Translations under genes and position numbers: made by a program
Shown here: in pieces, positions 1-12,589 of the stretch
How the letters are laid out: every line of letters begins with the position of its first letter
Numbering within the stretch: the first letter of the stretch is position 1
Notes under the pieces: generated by a model
What the model was told of the DNA's origin: nothing
Database searches by the model: none
What the model saw: the letters and a program-made list of their open reading frames with translations, nothing else
Assembly (NCBI GenBank): GCA_038087875.1
Contig: CM075988.1
Location: forward strand, 10,852,001 to 10,916,000
DNA from: Malacoraja senta
Lineage: Eukaryota
DNA: 64,000 nucleotides
Direction of reading: 5' to 3'

Positions 1-443
1 ATACCACATTAAACAAAACAGATAAAACAACACTGTGACTATTGCAACAGCACCTACTGTATGTACAGTAGTTTGCACTTCAGGATTATATATTTAAAAT
101 CAGTTCCAGCAACCAATTCACTAAATATTCTCAAACCAGCTTAGGGTGGAACAGGTCAACCAGTGCACTACTGTTGAGGAAACATACTGTATGCTCTTTC
201 ACCAGAATGTTTAGAGAAATAAAATGTACTTCAATTCAAATCATATCCTAATTGTGCTTTCCGTGGACCTTGTGATTCAACGATTGTTAAGTTGCAAAAT
301 AAAAGTGTGAAGTTTTGTTCTTGGCTGCTGTGATACTCACATCATTACATCAAACCTTTCCAGAATAGATATAGCCCTCTCACAAGCCCATGAATAATAA
401 CCATATTTACTGTGACAGAACCACAGACCATCCTTACTGATTC

Positions 444-674
444 TGTGTAGGAAGGAACTGCAGATGCTGGTTTACACTGAAGATAGACACAAAATGCTGG
501 AGTAACTCAGCGGGGCAGGCAGCATCTCTATAGAAGCAATGGGTGATGTTTTGCGTCGAGACCCTTCTTCAGTCTCGGCCTGAAGAAGGGCCTCGACCCG
601 AAACGTCACACATTTCTTCTATCCAGAGATGCTGCCTGTCCAGCTGAGATGCTCCAGCATTTTGTGTCTATCTT
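444..674. mobile_element. Penelope-derived palindromic (inverted terminal dimer) non-autonomous element
   Basis: Arms ~480-571 and ~580-674 are reverse complements (GACACAAAATGCTGGAG...CTCCAGCATTTTGTGTC); hammerhead-like CTGAAGA...GAAACGTC at the centre; the same motif family recurs throughout the window. Confidence 0.75.
580..609 (+). ncRNA. Minimal type-I hammerhead ribozyme motif (Penelope-type)
   Basis: CUGAAGA-A-GGG(CCUCGA)CCC-GAAA-CGUC: conserved CUGANGA/GAAA/UH core, stem II, and palindromic ACGU in place of stem III; stem I is not formed in this copy. Confidence 0.55.
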
Positions 675-904
675 TCTGATTCAGTATCCTTTGTCAGGAG
701 TTACCCGCCTGCTCTCTCCCCACGCCCACATGCTTGTATGTAGAGAGCCCGAGAGATCTTGGATGGGCGTAAAACAACACAACGAGGATGTTCTGCCCCC
801 AACAATCTGTCTAAAATATCAACATCCAGATTAGCCCACTGTCCAATTTTGTCAGCTGATGATCCACTCCTGCTAATCTATTCTCTACATTCTCTGGGAC
901 GCAC

Positions 905-2925
905 AGAGTCAAAGAGAGTCAGAGAGTGATACCGCGTGGAAACAGGCCATTCGGCCCAACTTGCCCACACCGGCCGACATGCTACACTAGTTCTCCTTGT
1001 GATTGGCCCAAACCTCCAAACCTGTCCTATCCATATATCTGTCTAACTGTTGATTAAATGTTGGGATAGTCCCTGCCTCAACTACGTCCTCTGGCATCTT
1101 GTTCCATACACCCTTACCCTTTGCACTCCTAGATCCCTCGCTCTACAACACTCCCCAGAGCTCTACCATTCACTGTGTAACTCCTGCCCAAATTTACCCC
1201 TCGGGTTCCTATTAAATATTTTCTCCTTCACCTTAAACCTATGTCCTCTGGTTCTCAATTCACCTCCACTAGGCAAGAGACTCTGTGCATCTACCCTATT
1301 TACTCCTCTCATGATTTTATACACCTCTATAAGATTACGCCTCATCCTCCTGTGCTCCAAGGAATAGAAACCCAGCCTACTCCATCTCTCCGTATTGCTC
1401 AGACCCTCTAGTCCTGGCAACATCCTCGTAAATCTTCTCTGTACCTTTTCCAGCTTGACAACATCTTTCCTATAACATGGTGACCAGAACTGAACACAAT
1501 ACTCTAAACGTAGCCTCACCACCTCTCAATTAACTGCAACATGACCCCTCAACTACTATACGCAATACTCTGAGTGATGATGGCCAATGTGTCAAAAGCT
1601 TTTTTGACCACCTTATCTACCTGTGACTCTACCTTCTTAGATCCCTCTGCTCTACAACACTCCCCAGAGCCCTACCATTCACTGTGTAGGTCCTGCCCAT
1701 GTTAGACTTCCCAAAATGCAACACCTGAGATTTCTCAGTATTAAATTCCATCAACCATTCCTTAGCCCACCTGGCCAAGATCCTGCTGTAATTTTTACAA
1801 TCATCTTCACTGTCTGCAAAATCAATCACTTTTGTATCATCTGCTAACCTTGCCACCAAGATTGTTCTCATCCAAATCATTGATGCAGATGACAAACAGT
1901 AACGGGCCCAGCACCGAACCCTGAGGCACACCACTAGTCACAGGCCTCCAGTCTGAGAAGCAACCTTCCACCATTACCCTCTTCTTCCTTCCATGAAGCC
2001 AATTTTCTATCTATTCAGCTATCTCTCCTTGGATCCCGCGTAATCTAACCTTCCAGAGCAGCCAACCATGCAGAACCTTTTTGAATGCTTTGCTGAAGTC
2101 CATATATAAAATGTCTACAGCTCTGTCCTCATCAACCGTTTTGGTCATGTCTTCAATCAGATTTCCCATGTCCAAAACCATGTTGACTATCCCTAATCAG
2201 CCCTTGTCCATCTAAATGCATGTATATCCTAGCCCTCAGAATATTCTCCAGTAACTTTCCAACAACAGATGTTAAGCTCACTGACCTATAGTCCCAGTAT
2301 TTTCCCTGCAGACACTTCTTGAATAGAGGCACAACATTTGCCATCCTCCAGTCTTCCGTTACCTCTCCTATATTTAAAGACGACTCGTAAATTTCAACCA
2401 GGGCTCCCGCAGTTTCCTCTGTAGTTTTCCACAATGTCCTCAGATATATCTGATCGGGCCCTGGAGATTTGTCTACCTTCATACATGATACTACCTTCAG
2501 CACCTGACTGCTCTCAAGACACTTCCATTGACTGCCCCAAGTTTCTCCGTCCTCCTGTCTTTCTACTCGGCAAATACAAAGGAGAAATACTCATTGAGGA
2601 CCTTGCCCATCTCCTGCGGCTCCACACAGAGTCAACCACTTTGATTCCAGAGGGGTTCCCACTCTCTCTGGTTACCCTTTTCCCTCTTTGGAATTTATAA
2701 ATGTTCTTGGGATTATCCTTAATGCTATCTGCCAGAGTTATCTCCTGGCCCCTTTTTCCCTTCTGATTTCTTTTTTTGGTTTGCTCCTTAGTTCCAGTAA
2801 CTCCTCCAGGAATACACATGATCCCAGCTGCCCATAGCTGTCCGATGCGGCCTTCTTATTCTTGACCAGTGCCTAAATTTCCCTCGTCAGCCAAGCTTCC
2901 TTACGTTTTCCTGCCTTGCCCATCA
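905..2925 (-). mobile_element. CR1-type LINE, 5'-truncated and decayed ORF2 (RT) with 3' tail
   Basis: Minus-strand ORF fragments KSPGPDQIY, DWRMANVVPLFKK, LADDTK, LEYCVQFWSP, LEKVQRRFTRM; frameshifts and stops. Confidence 0.93.
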
Positions 2926-3220
2926 CTCATCATGTCCTTAGTTTATCTATGTTGGTATTTTACCTCACCAATTTAGATCATCTGATATTTGCAGATGTAG
3001 AAAAACAATTTCACAAATTAAAAATCATTAATTAAAAAAGTAAGGTGAATCAAAACCACAAATACACTCATTAAATAAACTAATTAAACTGAAGTGATTT
3101 TTTCTTTGCCCAATAAAGTAGATTCTTCTTCCATTGCCACCAAATCTGCACTCCCTCACCTCCATCAGAACTAATGATACTTTGGACCTTGCGATCCAAG
3201 AGCCAATTTCCCCCACCACT

Positions 3221-3552
3221 GGTGCAGCACAGTAGCACAGCTACCTCACAACCCCAGCAACCTGGGTTCAATCCTGACCACTGGTGCTGTCCGTGTAGAG
3301 TTTGCATGTTCTCGCCATGACCACATATTCTCCCGAGTGCTCCAGTCTGCTTCCATCTCCCAAACCTGTGTGGGTTGATAGATTTCTTGGTCACTGTAAT
3401 ATGCCTCCAGTGTTCAGGTGAGTGGTAGAATCTGGGTGGAGTTGATGGGAACATGGGGAGAATTAGTTAAGAGGGAAATTTAATGGGAGAATAGGATTGC
3501 TCTGTTGGCTGACATACACTTGATGGGACCAAAATATTATTTCTATGTCATA
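3221..3552 (+). mobile_element. HE1-like V-SINE (old copy)
   Basis: tRNA-like head with B-box GGTTCAATCC; V-domain GTGTAGAGTTTGCATGTTCTC. Confidence 0.75.
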
Positions 3553-3657
3553 TGAAAGCATGGAAATGTAATACAGCAAAATCTCAGCAAGACTGGTCTC
3601 TGCTGTTGGTTTCCACTGGACTACAGGGGGCATGTTAATAGATTCAGCATTTAAATC

Positions 3658-3880
3658 AAAGGACCCAAAGTGCTGGAGTAACTCAGCATGTCAGACAGCC
3701 TCTCCAAAGATCATGGATAGGTGACGTTTTGGTTTGGAATCCCTTATTTTAAATCTGAAGAAGGGACGCACCCAGAAACATCATCTACCTGTGTTCTCCA
3801 GAGATGGCGCCTGACCTGTTGAGTTACTCCAACTCTTTTTGTCCATATTTGTAAACCAGCATCTGCAGTTCCTTATTTCT
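3658..3880. mobile_element. Penelope-derived palindromic element
   Basis: GCTGGAGTAACTCAGC ... GTTGAGTTACTCCA inverted arms; CTGAAGA (3755) ... GAAACATC (3775) degenerate hammerhead core. Confidence 0.7.
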
Positions 3881-4974
3881 GCATTTAAACCCATCAGCCA
3901 ATACAAGATGTTTGTGCTTGACAACACATGCATGGTCACCCAAACCTAATGATGTTCAGATGGCAAAACATCAATGGTTTTATCCAGGACTTGCCATATT
4001 AGCCAACATGACCTGCCCCTAGTGCTTAGAGGAGCCAATTGTTCCTGATCTCCTGGTCAGCTGTAAATGGACTTGTTTTACTTCTGATCCTGGGGAAAGT
4101 TCATGTCCATAAGTGATAGGAGCAGAATTAGGCCATTCAGCCCATCAAGTCTGCTCCACCATTGAATCATGGCTGATATATCTATTCCTCCTTGTACCAT
4201 TCTCCAGCCTTCACCCCATAACTTGTGACACTCCTGAAACAAGGATTATGTGGGAAATAAAGCATTAATTTTCTTTTCTGATAATTTGGAAGCAGGCTAA
4301 CTTTGGCAATGTATCTGTGGCATCAAGCAGACTGAATAAAAATCAAGAATTCTCAGACAAAAAGAAAATTGAGTAAGAAGAGAAATGCTGCTTGCATTTC
4401 ATTTCTTTAAACCCGCTTCAATAAATTAATGTAAACAATTATGGCGGAGTCAGTGAAAGAGTTTGATCAATGATTTTTGTGAAAAGCAGAGTTGTAAACT
4501 GGAGATGAGGAGTAATATTTATTAAAATCAGGAATATTTTTCATATGCAAGTACGTTTTTTTCAAGTTTATTTAAAAATATGCACTGAAATTTAAAAAAA
4601 AATTATGCTATGGGAATAACATTCCTCATGATAACATTAGTTCTTCAGGACTTGATAAATTGTTCAGTAGTAAGCAAAGCCTAGTGTGTAATTAACAATT
4701 CAGCTACATTGCATAAAACAAGGCTCAGCATTTTTATACAATGAAGATGGCAGATAAAAGGTAAAGTCTATGTCCTCTTTGATTTTGTCAAGATGGTTAT
4801 AAAAGACTTTCCAGAAGAGCAGAATTTCACTGACAACATCTTCTGGATTTAACAGTCGGTGTGCAGACATTGAGAGTTGTTGGCAGTTTTACAGACTAAT
4901 GGATGTTGATGGTTTTACTAGCATTGCAACTCCAGATTCTACGTCAGTGTAATAGAGTTCAAATCCCCTTAGAA

Positions 4975-5250
4975 AACTGAGAACTACTCTTCCAGTTTAA
5001 CAGACCGCACTCGCCGCTCACAATGCAGTCTCCTCTTCCCAGAAGAAACTGAACACAGATTGCAGGACTGCTTTTGCAGAACATACCAGTTCCTGTATGC
5101 AAATGTTGCCTCTCACTTTTATTGCCCGATCCATTCCGAGCTGACCTCTCTTTCTTAAACCTCCCACACGGTAACAATAAAGCACATAATACACCCAGAA
5201 AATAGCATCTCAGTCTTTCGACTCATCTTTTGGACTCAGCCTATGCCAAG
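4975..5250 (+). mobile_element. Decayed Penelope-like element, GIY-YIG endonuclease C-terminal remnant
   Basis: Broken frames resemble CSLLYIGETKRRLGDRFAEH...EQHLIFRL (TGCAGTCTCCTC...GAAACTGAACACAGATTG...TTTGCAGAACAT; CAGAAAATAGCATCTCAGTCTTTCGACTC). Confidence 0.55.
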
Positions 5251-5384
5251 TAACAACGGATGCAAAATTGGAGAGGAGAAATAGGCTAAAAAAAATCTGT
5301 AATAAATTTAGTCTAAATCTGTCATTATTATTTATTTTAGAAACTGTGTTCCTCTCCCTAGTTCCTTTAAAGATGTTCATTGTT

Positions 5385-7448
5385 AATAATTTGAGACGCC
5401 TGTTTAATATAATGTACTCACATAAAGTGGAGGAAGAAGACTTATCAATTATTTCTTTGGACGAGAGAAAGCATTTGATCAGGTAGAATGGCAGTATTTA
5501 TACAAAGTATTACAAAAATTTAATATGGGAGAGAACTTTATTGCATGGGTGAAATTATTATATGATAAACCGATGGCAAGAATATTAACTAACAGCATGT
5601 TGTCTCAAAAATTTCAATTATCAAGGGGTAATAGGCAGGGATGTGCTTTATCACCCCTGCTTTTTTGCCCTTATGATAGAACCTCTGGCTGAAAGTATAA
5701 GAAGCCATCCGAATATTCAGGGTTATAATACTAGGGACTCAAATAATAAAATTTCATTGTATGCAGACGATATTCTGTTATATATAACAAATTCACAAAC
5801 GAGCATACCAAATGTATTAAATTTAATAGAGGAATTCGGGTCCTTTTCTGGATATAGAATAAATTGGAACAAAAGTGAAATTATGACATTAAAACCTCAA
5901 GAATCTACACACTTATTGAAATTCCCCTTTAAAATAGCAACAGAAATATTTAAATATCTGGGTATTCAGATTACTAGAAAACATAAAGCTTTATTCAACG
6001 CCAATTTTATACCCTTAATAAATAAACTTAATATAACGATTAAATTTTGGAAAACACTTCCTTTATCATTAATAGGCAGAATAAATGCTATTAAAATGAG
6101 CTTTCTACCACAGTTATTATACCTATTTCAATCTATACCAGTATATGTACCAAAATATTTTTTTTCTAAATTGAATGCTAACATTACTAATTTTGTTTGG
6201 GACTATAAATCACATAGAATTAAAAAAGAACATTTATGTCAACCAAAATATGTCGGGGGACTTTCACTCCCAAATTTGTTGTATTACTATTGGGCAATAC
6301 ATATTAAGAATATAATTTACTGGTTGGATAGTTCAACCCAACAGACAGAATGGATAAAAATGGAGAAAGAGGATTGTTATCCTTGTAATATAGGAACAAT
6401 CCTCTTCTCCCTGAAAAAAATGAACAATACAATATATAAGAAAAACCCAATTATACAAGATACAATAAGAATATGGAAACAAATAAAATTATCCTTAAAA
6501 CTAAGAAATCTATCATTGTTAACACCGATAGCGAATAATCCTTTATTTAAACCATCTATGATGGATAAAATATATAATCAATGGGAACGTTTAGGAATTA
6601 AAAGGATCGGGGATATGTATGAAATGGGAGATTTACTATCATTTCAACAATTACAATTAAAATTTAAATTGAAAAACACTCATTATTTTAAATATTTTCA
6701 GATTTGCAATTTCTTGAAGACATACATACAGGGATATCAAAAAATAACTCCTGATTTACTAGAAGAAGTAATGAATATTAAAGCTGACACACAAAAAATA
6801 ATATCATATTTATATAATATTATCTTAAATATAGATTTACCTGCGACCGAGGTAATTAGAGAAGAGTGGGCACGGGAATTATTGATAAAAATTACGAAGG
6901 CTACATGGGAAAAGTATTTGACATACATTCACAAATGTTCGATTAACGCAAGACATAATCTAATTCAATTTAAAATTTTACATAGATTATATTACTCAAA
7001 AATAAGATTAAATAAATTTTATCCAAATATATCCCCCATTTGTGATAAATGTTTAACCCAAGACGCAACTATAACACACTCTTTTGTTTCTTGTATAAAA
7101 CTTCATGGATTTTGGAGTGATATTTTCAAAATATTCACAAAATTATTTAAGTCAAAAATGGAACCCAATAATGAATTGATTATATTTGGGGTAATGGAAG
7201 ATGGGAACAAATTGAACCCATCTCAAAAATTATTTTTTAATTATGGTTTAATAATAGCAAAAAAATTAATATTGAAATTTTGGCAAAATACACCAATACC
7301 AACGCTCAAAATGTGGATTGTAAGTATGTTGGATACCGCACATTTTGAGGAAATGCGATTCCTCCTAATAGATAAATTTGACCAATTCATAACGAGTTGG
7401 TCTCCATTTGTCGTCTTTTTGGAAACATATGGTGCAACACAAGTGTAA
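5385..7448 (+). pseudogene. L1 ORF2 C-terminal half (RT + CCHC zinc finger), two frameshifts
   Basis: ISLD/EKAFDQVEW (frameshift ~5464), RGNRQGCALSPLL/FALMIEPLA (frameshift ~5665), SLYADD, FKYLGI, CDKC-x7-H-x4-C; about 590 codons open to TAA at 7448. Confidence 0.92.
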
Positions 7449-7771
7449 AAGCTAATCCGTGACTGGGTGAGGAATGGTCAAGTTTATAAATACGATCTCC
7501 TTACTTCTCTTTTCTTTTTCTTCTCTTTTCTTCTTTTACTCTTTTTCGTCTATTTTCTATTTCTTAACTTTCTTCTTTCACTCTCTATTTTTCTTTTTCA
7601 CACACTATATATCTCACATTTTTCTATTCTTCATTATCTAATTTCTTTTTCTTTTTCTTCTTTATTACAAAATTTAAAAAAATAAGAAGCTGTACATAAA
7701 ATGTATTATGAAAATATGATTGTATACAATTGTACTTACTTCTAATAAAAAAATAAAAATAATAAAATAAA
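5385..7771 (+). mobile_element. L1-clade LINE, 5'-truncated, young insertion
   Basis: 16-bp TSD AAAGATGTTCATTGTT at 5369-5384 and 7772-7787; TT/AAAG target; A-rich tail with AATAAA; RT motifs and a C-terminal CCHC finger. Confidence 0.95.
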
Positions 7772-7966
7772 AAAGATGTTCATTGTTTTCTGAGCTACTG
7801 CAATTTAAGGTTTGCTACTCTGATTTTTCTCATGTAATTACATTTCTAAAGACATTTTCTGTAAGCAGACTAGGTGTCCAATAGAGAGATGTGTCCCAGA
7901 AAAAGTTGCAAAATGATTAGCTGGATGGAGTGGATCCCAGATTGAAGGATTTCCACAGCAAGAGTG

Positions 7967-8276
7967 GTTTAGAGATACAGTGCAGAAACAGGCCCTTCGG
8001 CCCACCAAGTCTGCACCGACCAACGATCCCAGTACACCAGCACTATCCTGCAGACTTGTGACAGTTTACAATTTTTACCAAAGACAAATTAACCTGCAAA
8101 CCTGTACCTCTTTGGAATGTGGGGGGAAACCAGAGCACCAGGGGAAAACCCTGCGGTCATGGGGAGAACATACAAACTCTGTACAGATAGCACCAGTCAG
8201 GTGCTATCTAGTGCTAGTGCTAGAGGAGTCAGGATTAAACCTGGATCCCTGGCGTTGTAAGGCAGCAACTCTACCA
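7967..8276 (-). mobile_element. HE1-like V-SINE
   Basis: Reverse complement matches the SINE at 11354-11676 (GTAGAGTTGCTGCCTTAC head, CR1-like tail). Confidence 0.85.
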
Positions 8277-10556
8277 CAACAACTCGACCCAGAGTAAAGA
8301 AACTTTAGACACAAGGAACTGCGGATGCTGGTTTATCAGTAAAGCAACAATGTGCTGGAGTAATGCATCGGGTGAGTCAGCATCTCTGGTGAATATGGAT
8401 ATGCAATGTTTCGGGTTAGGAAACTTGTTCCGGTTTTGATGAACATGCACATGATCATGACCAGTCTAAAAAACAAATTAAATTGAGGGATGCTGTTCCC
8501 ATTGGAAAACGGTTCCAGGAATAGAGGAGTCAGACTTAATATGTGGGGAAAAGGGAGTAGAAGATTTGCAGATGGAAACTTATTCTCTCACAGAGTTGTG
8601 AGTATCTTAAGTTCACTCTCTGTAGTCGGCATAGAATCAATCAAGCCTTCAAAACAGAACCAAATAGAACTTGAGAGAGTATAACTTTAAGTATAAGCTT
8701 GGAGTTGGTGTGCCAGGTTCAAGAGTGGGAGAATGGAACTGATGGGATTGATCAAATCGGAGACAGTAAAGACATTACAGACCAAATAGTCTCTCTCTGA
8801 GCTGTAACAATTCCGAGATTCTAATAAATAAATGTCACCACAAAGCACTCGGCCCAGTATTAGCAATTACCCTTTAAGATATAGCTCATTGAAAATTACT
8901 TGGGATATAGGCCATATTTTCCAAACTAATCTGGATGATAAAATCCACCATGCCATCAAATCAATGGAAACAGGTTAAAACTAACAGTCAGTCTGACTGA
9001 TGTCCAGCACTGTAAATGTAACACATTTGGAGAAGCCAGTTGGGGATTAACTTCAAGACAATGACTTTCCCCGAAGATATAGTAAGCTGAACATAACTCA
9101 TATAGATTTCTTCAATCTATCCCAAAAATGTGAAATAAAATACAGAAGTTGTTCTGGCAGCGGTGTAATTGGCTGCTGACATATTTACTAACCATGGCCC
9201 TATCTTTTCCAAATCCACTGATGTTGATTTCATGCCTAAAGCTGTCCTCATTCTAAATAGTGAGGACCCATGCAGTGATAGGGCCCTGGGTGTTGTATAC
9301 TATCACATAGAATCGAAGTTAAAGAGCCATACACCACAGAAACAGGCCCTTCAGCCCAAATCATCCATGCTGACCGAGACCAAGATGCGCATTTATGCTC
9401 ATTTCATGTGCCCAAGGTTGATCCATACACTTCTAAACCTGTCCTATCCATGTACCTGACCAAATGACCCTTGAGTGTTGTTATTGTACAAACTTCAAGT
9501 CACATTATAGGGAATGGGGTTATAACAAATCTTGACCATAAAACCTATACAGAATTGAACAGGCCTATTCGGCCCACCAAGTAATTGCTGGCCATCAAAC
9601 ATCCATTTACTCTTCTCATACACCCATCCCAATTTATTCACTACACATTGCCATCAACTCTTCCTGGATTCAGAGGTCAGAGGTTATGGGGAGAAGGCAG
9701 GAGACAGGGGTTAGGAGGGAGAGATAGATCAGCCATAATTGAATGGTGGAGTAGACTTGATGGGTTGATTGGCCTAATTCTACCCATATTCCTTATGTCC
9801 TTGTGACCTTATTCTACCACCTGCATTAAAAATAAACAGAGCAATTCACAGTGGCCATTAATCTACTGAATCACATGCCTTTGGGATGTGGGGCCAAACT
9901 GGAGCATCTAGAAGAAACAATGCTGTCACAGGGACAACATGTAAACTCCAGCTGCTATTGTGCCACTGTGCAACCAGGCTAACTCGCATTTCAACAATGG
10001 GTGATGCTTTATCCCCTGGAAACCTTGGACTTTGAATGTTCCTGTTTACATAGAATATACAACAGTACTGCACAGGAACAGACCCTTCAGCCGACAATGT
10101 TTGTGCCGAATATAATGCCAAGTTAAACTAATCTCATCTGCCTGTTTATGATCCATATTCCTCTATTCCCTGCACTTCCATGTGCCTGTCTAAAAGCTTC
10201 TTAAACGCCTCATATCTAACTCCACCACCACCCCTGGCAATGCATTCTAGGTCCCATCATATTCTGTCCCACACATCTCCTTTAAACTGCCCCTCTCACC
10301 TTAAAGATATGCCCTCTAGTATTTGATTGTTCCATCCTGAGAAAAAGATTCCGACTGTCTACCCTATCTATGCCTTTCCTAATTTTATATTCTTCTATCA
10401 AGCGTCCCCACAACCTTCGACATTTCAGAGAAAACGATCCAAGTCTATCCAATCTTTCCCTTTAGCTGAAACCCTCTAATCCAGGCAGCATTCTGGTAAA
10501 CCTCCTCTGCACCCTCTCCAACACCTCTCCATCTTTCCTGTAATGGAGTAACCAGA

Positions 10557-10982
10557 TTATTTTCTTCTTCTTAGGCCCCCTTCGGTCATGGCTGTCATGA
10601 CCATGGGTGTCTCCAGTGTTGGAGGATGCCAGTGCGTTACTTTGTTTAACGTGGAGAGATTGGTGCACAGACAACCACCACGCGGTCCTTGACAGATCTG
10701 GGTCAGGATCCAGTGGCATGGAGTCGAAGACGACCGGAGGCCCTTTTCTGCTGCAGCCTTCATCCGCCTTCCCAGCCGTTGTGACGCTCCACTAAGGTCA
10801 GCCATCATCCTCCGCCTGTCCCACCATTGAGGTCTTGGTTAGATTGCTTTGTCAGAGTCCTCCCCCTCGACCTTACTGCCGTGGTTGGCCCTAACAGGAC
10901 ATCGCTCCAGATGGCATCGCTCTCAGGATCTCAGGACCACACAAGCTTCTCCACCACGACAAGGTGACAATCCACAGAGAAG
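10557..10982 (-). mobile_element. Short non-autonomous RTE-derived retroelement with (AAG)n tail
   Basis: The 5' end GTCACCTTGTCGTGGTGGAGAAGCTTG resembles RTE (BovB/Rex3-type) 5' UTRs; AAGAAGAAG tail; TSD AGTAACC(A/T)GA at 10547-10556 and 10981-10990; no RT ORF. Confidence 0.8.
10841..10982 (-). ncRNA. HDV-like self-cleaving ribozyme fold (long P4) at the 5' end of the RTE-derived element
   Basis: P1 CUUCUCU/GGAGAAG, P2 GGAUUG(U)C/GCAAUCU, P3 ACC/GGU, L3 UUGUCGU, P1.1 G-C, J4/2 CAAA (putative catalytic C at 10851). Confidence 0.7.
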
Positions 10983-11353
10983 TAACCTGAACTGCACACA
11001 ATACTCCAAATATGGCCCAACCAAAGTCCTATCATGACTTCCTGACATATTCAATGCAATGAAGCCAATCTTTCCAATCTTTACACCTGTACAATCTTAT
11101 CTACTTATGCTGCCACCTTCAGTAAGCTATGAACTTGGACTTCAAGATCCCTCTGCACATCAATGCTGTTAACGATCTTACCATTAACCATATATATTTT
11201 CCCCTTACATTCAACCTCTCAGAGTGCAACACCTCACACTTGCATGGTTTAAACTCCATCTGCCATTTCTGCAGCTATTATAGAATTTTCAAATCATTAA
11301 ACATTAATGAAATGCTTAATTTAAAAAAAAAACACTTACACCATACATACTGT

Positions 11354-11676
11354 GGACGGCACAGTGGTGCAGTGGCAGAGTTGCTGCCTTACAGCGCTTT
11401 CTGCACCAGAGACCCGGGTTTGATCCCGACTACGGGTGCTGTCTGTACGGAGTTTGTACGTTCTCCCCGTGACTGCGTGGATTTTCTCCAAAATCTTCGG
11501 TTTCCTCTCACACTCAAAAGACGTACAGTTTTGTAGGTTAATTGGCTTTCTAAAATTGTAAATTATCCCTAATGCATGTAGGATCGTGTTAATATGCGGG
11601 GATCGTTGGTCGGCGTGGATTCGGTAGGCCATAGGGCCTCTTTCCACACTGTATCTCTAAACTAAACTAAACTAAT
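11354..11676 (+). mobile_element. HE1-like V-SINE, full length
   Basis: A-box TGGTGCAGTGG, B-box GGTTTGATCCC, V-domain GGAGTTTGTACGTTCTCCCCGTG, CR1-like tail ending (TAAAC)n. Confidence 0.9.
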
Positions 11677-11934
11677 ACAGGCATTGACAAACACATATAT
11701 ATATATTAATGGAAAAGTCAATTAATGCAAAACAAAGATGATACTGTGTTCATTGACTCTTTTCACATGAACTTATTTCTCTCCATTCATTATAAAGGAC
11801 TTTCTATTCCAATATCAGTGGAGCTACATCAATGGGTTCCCCAGCCAGTGGGAGTTTTAAACAGCCTGATACATGCATTGGGCAAGACTTAGAAGCAAGT
11901 GGCTCAGCATGGAATACATGGCATTTCGCAACAG

Positions 11935-12440
11935 GTTTTGCTGCATTTATAGTTGCCCACCCCTGGAATATTGTGTGCACCTCTGGTCGCTGTGCTGCAG
12001 GAATGATGTGATTTCAATAGAGAGGATGCAGAGAGAATAACTTGGGTGTTGCTGTTATATAGAGAGACTAAAGAAGATGGGTTTATTTACCGTGAAGCAA
12101 TGGAGGCAGATGGGGGACCTGATCAAATTATGAGAGGCATAGATGGATTAGATAGGGAGAATGTTCTCCATGGCTGACATAACTAAGACCAGGAGACACA
12201 GGAATGAGAGGATTTGAAGAATTACTTTCATGCCGGGGGTGGTTACAATCTGTAAGGCACGGTCTCAGAAGATAGGACTTCTATTTAACATTTAACAAGC
12301 ATCTGGGTGTCAAGGTAAAATGCGTTATGCGTTATGGACCAGATGCAGTGAAACGGCATGCGTTTGGCTAGGTATTTGAAGGTAGCATGGACTTGGGGAT
12401 TTGATGGGTCTGTGCCTCTTCTTTATGACTTTACGACTGT
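11935..12440 (+). mobile_element. Old CR1 3' fragment
   Basis: CTGGAATATTGTGTGCACCTCTGGTCG (LEYCV.W) and a degenerate CR1 3' region. Confidence 0.65.
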
Positions 12441-12589
12441 ATAATGAAAGCACTTCTCCAAGGACAAGTGGAATACACTATTAGAGGGAGCAGTTGACGC
12501 AATTAACATGGACGCATTTAAGGAAAAGCTTGCTAAGCACATGGTCAAAATGAAATGGAAGGATTTGTTGATGGTCAGAGATGATAGAA

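Larger units (their letters stand above)
10050..11270 (-). mobile_element. CR1 3' fragment interrupted by an RTE-derived insertion
   Basis: LERVQRRFTRMLPGLEGFS on the minus strand; the CR1 sequence resumes after 10990 (EYCVQF-like AACTGCACACAATACTCC). Confidence 0.85.

Noticed and set aside
11354..11435. tRNA gene-like A/B boxes
   Set aside because: These are SINE heads with no complete cloverleaf.
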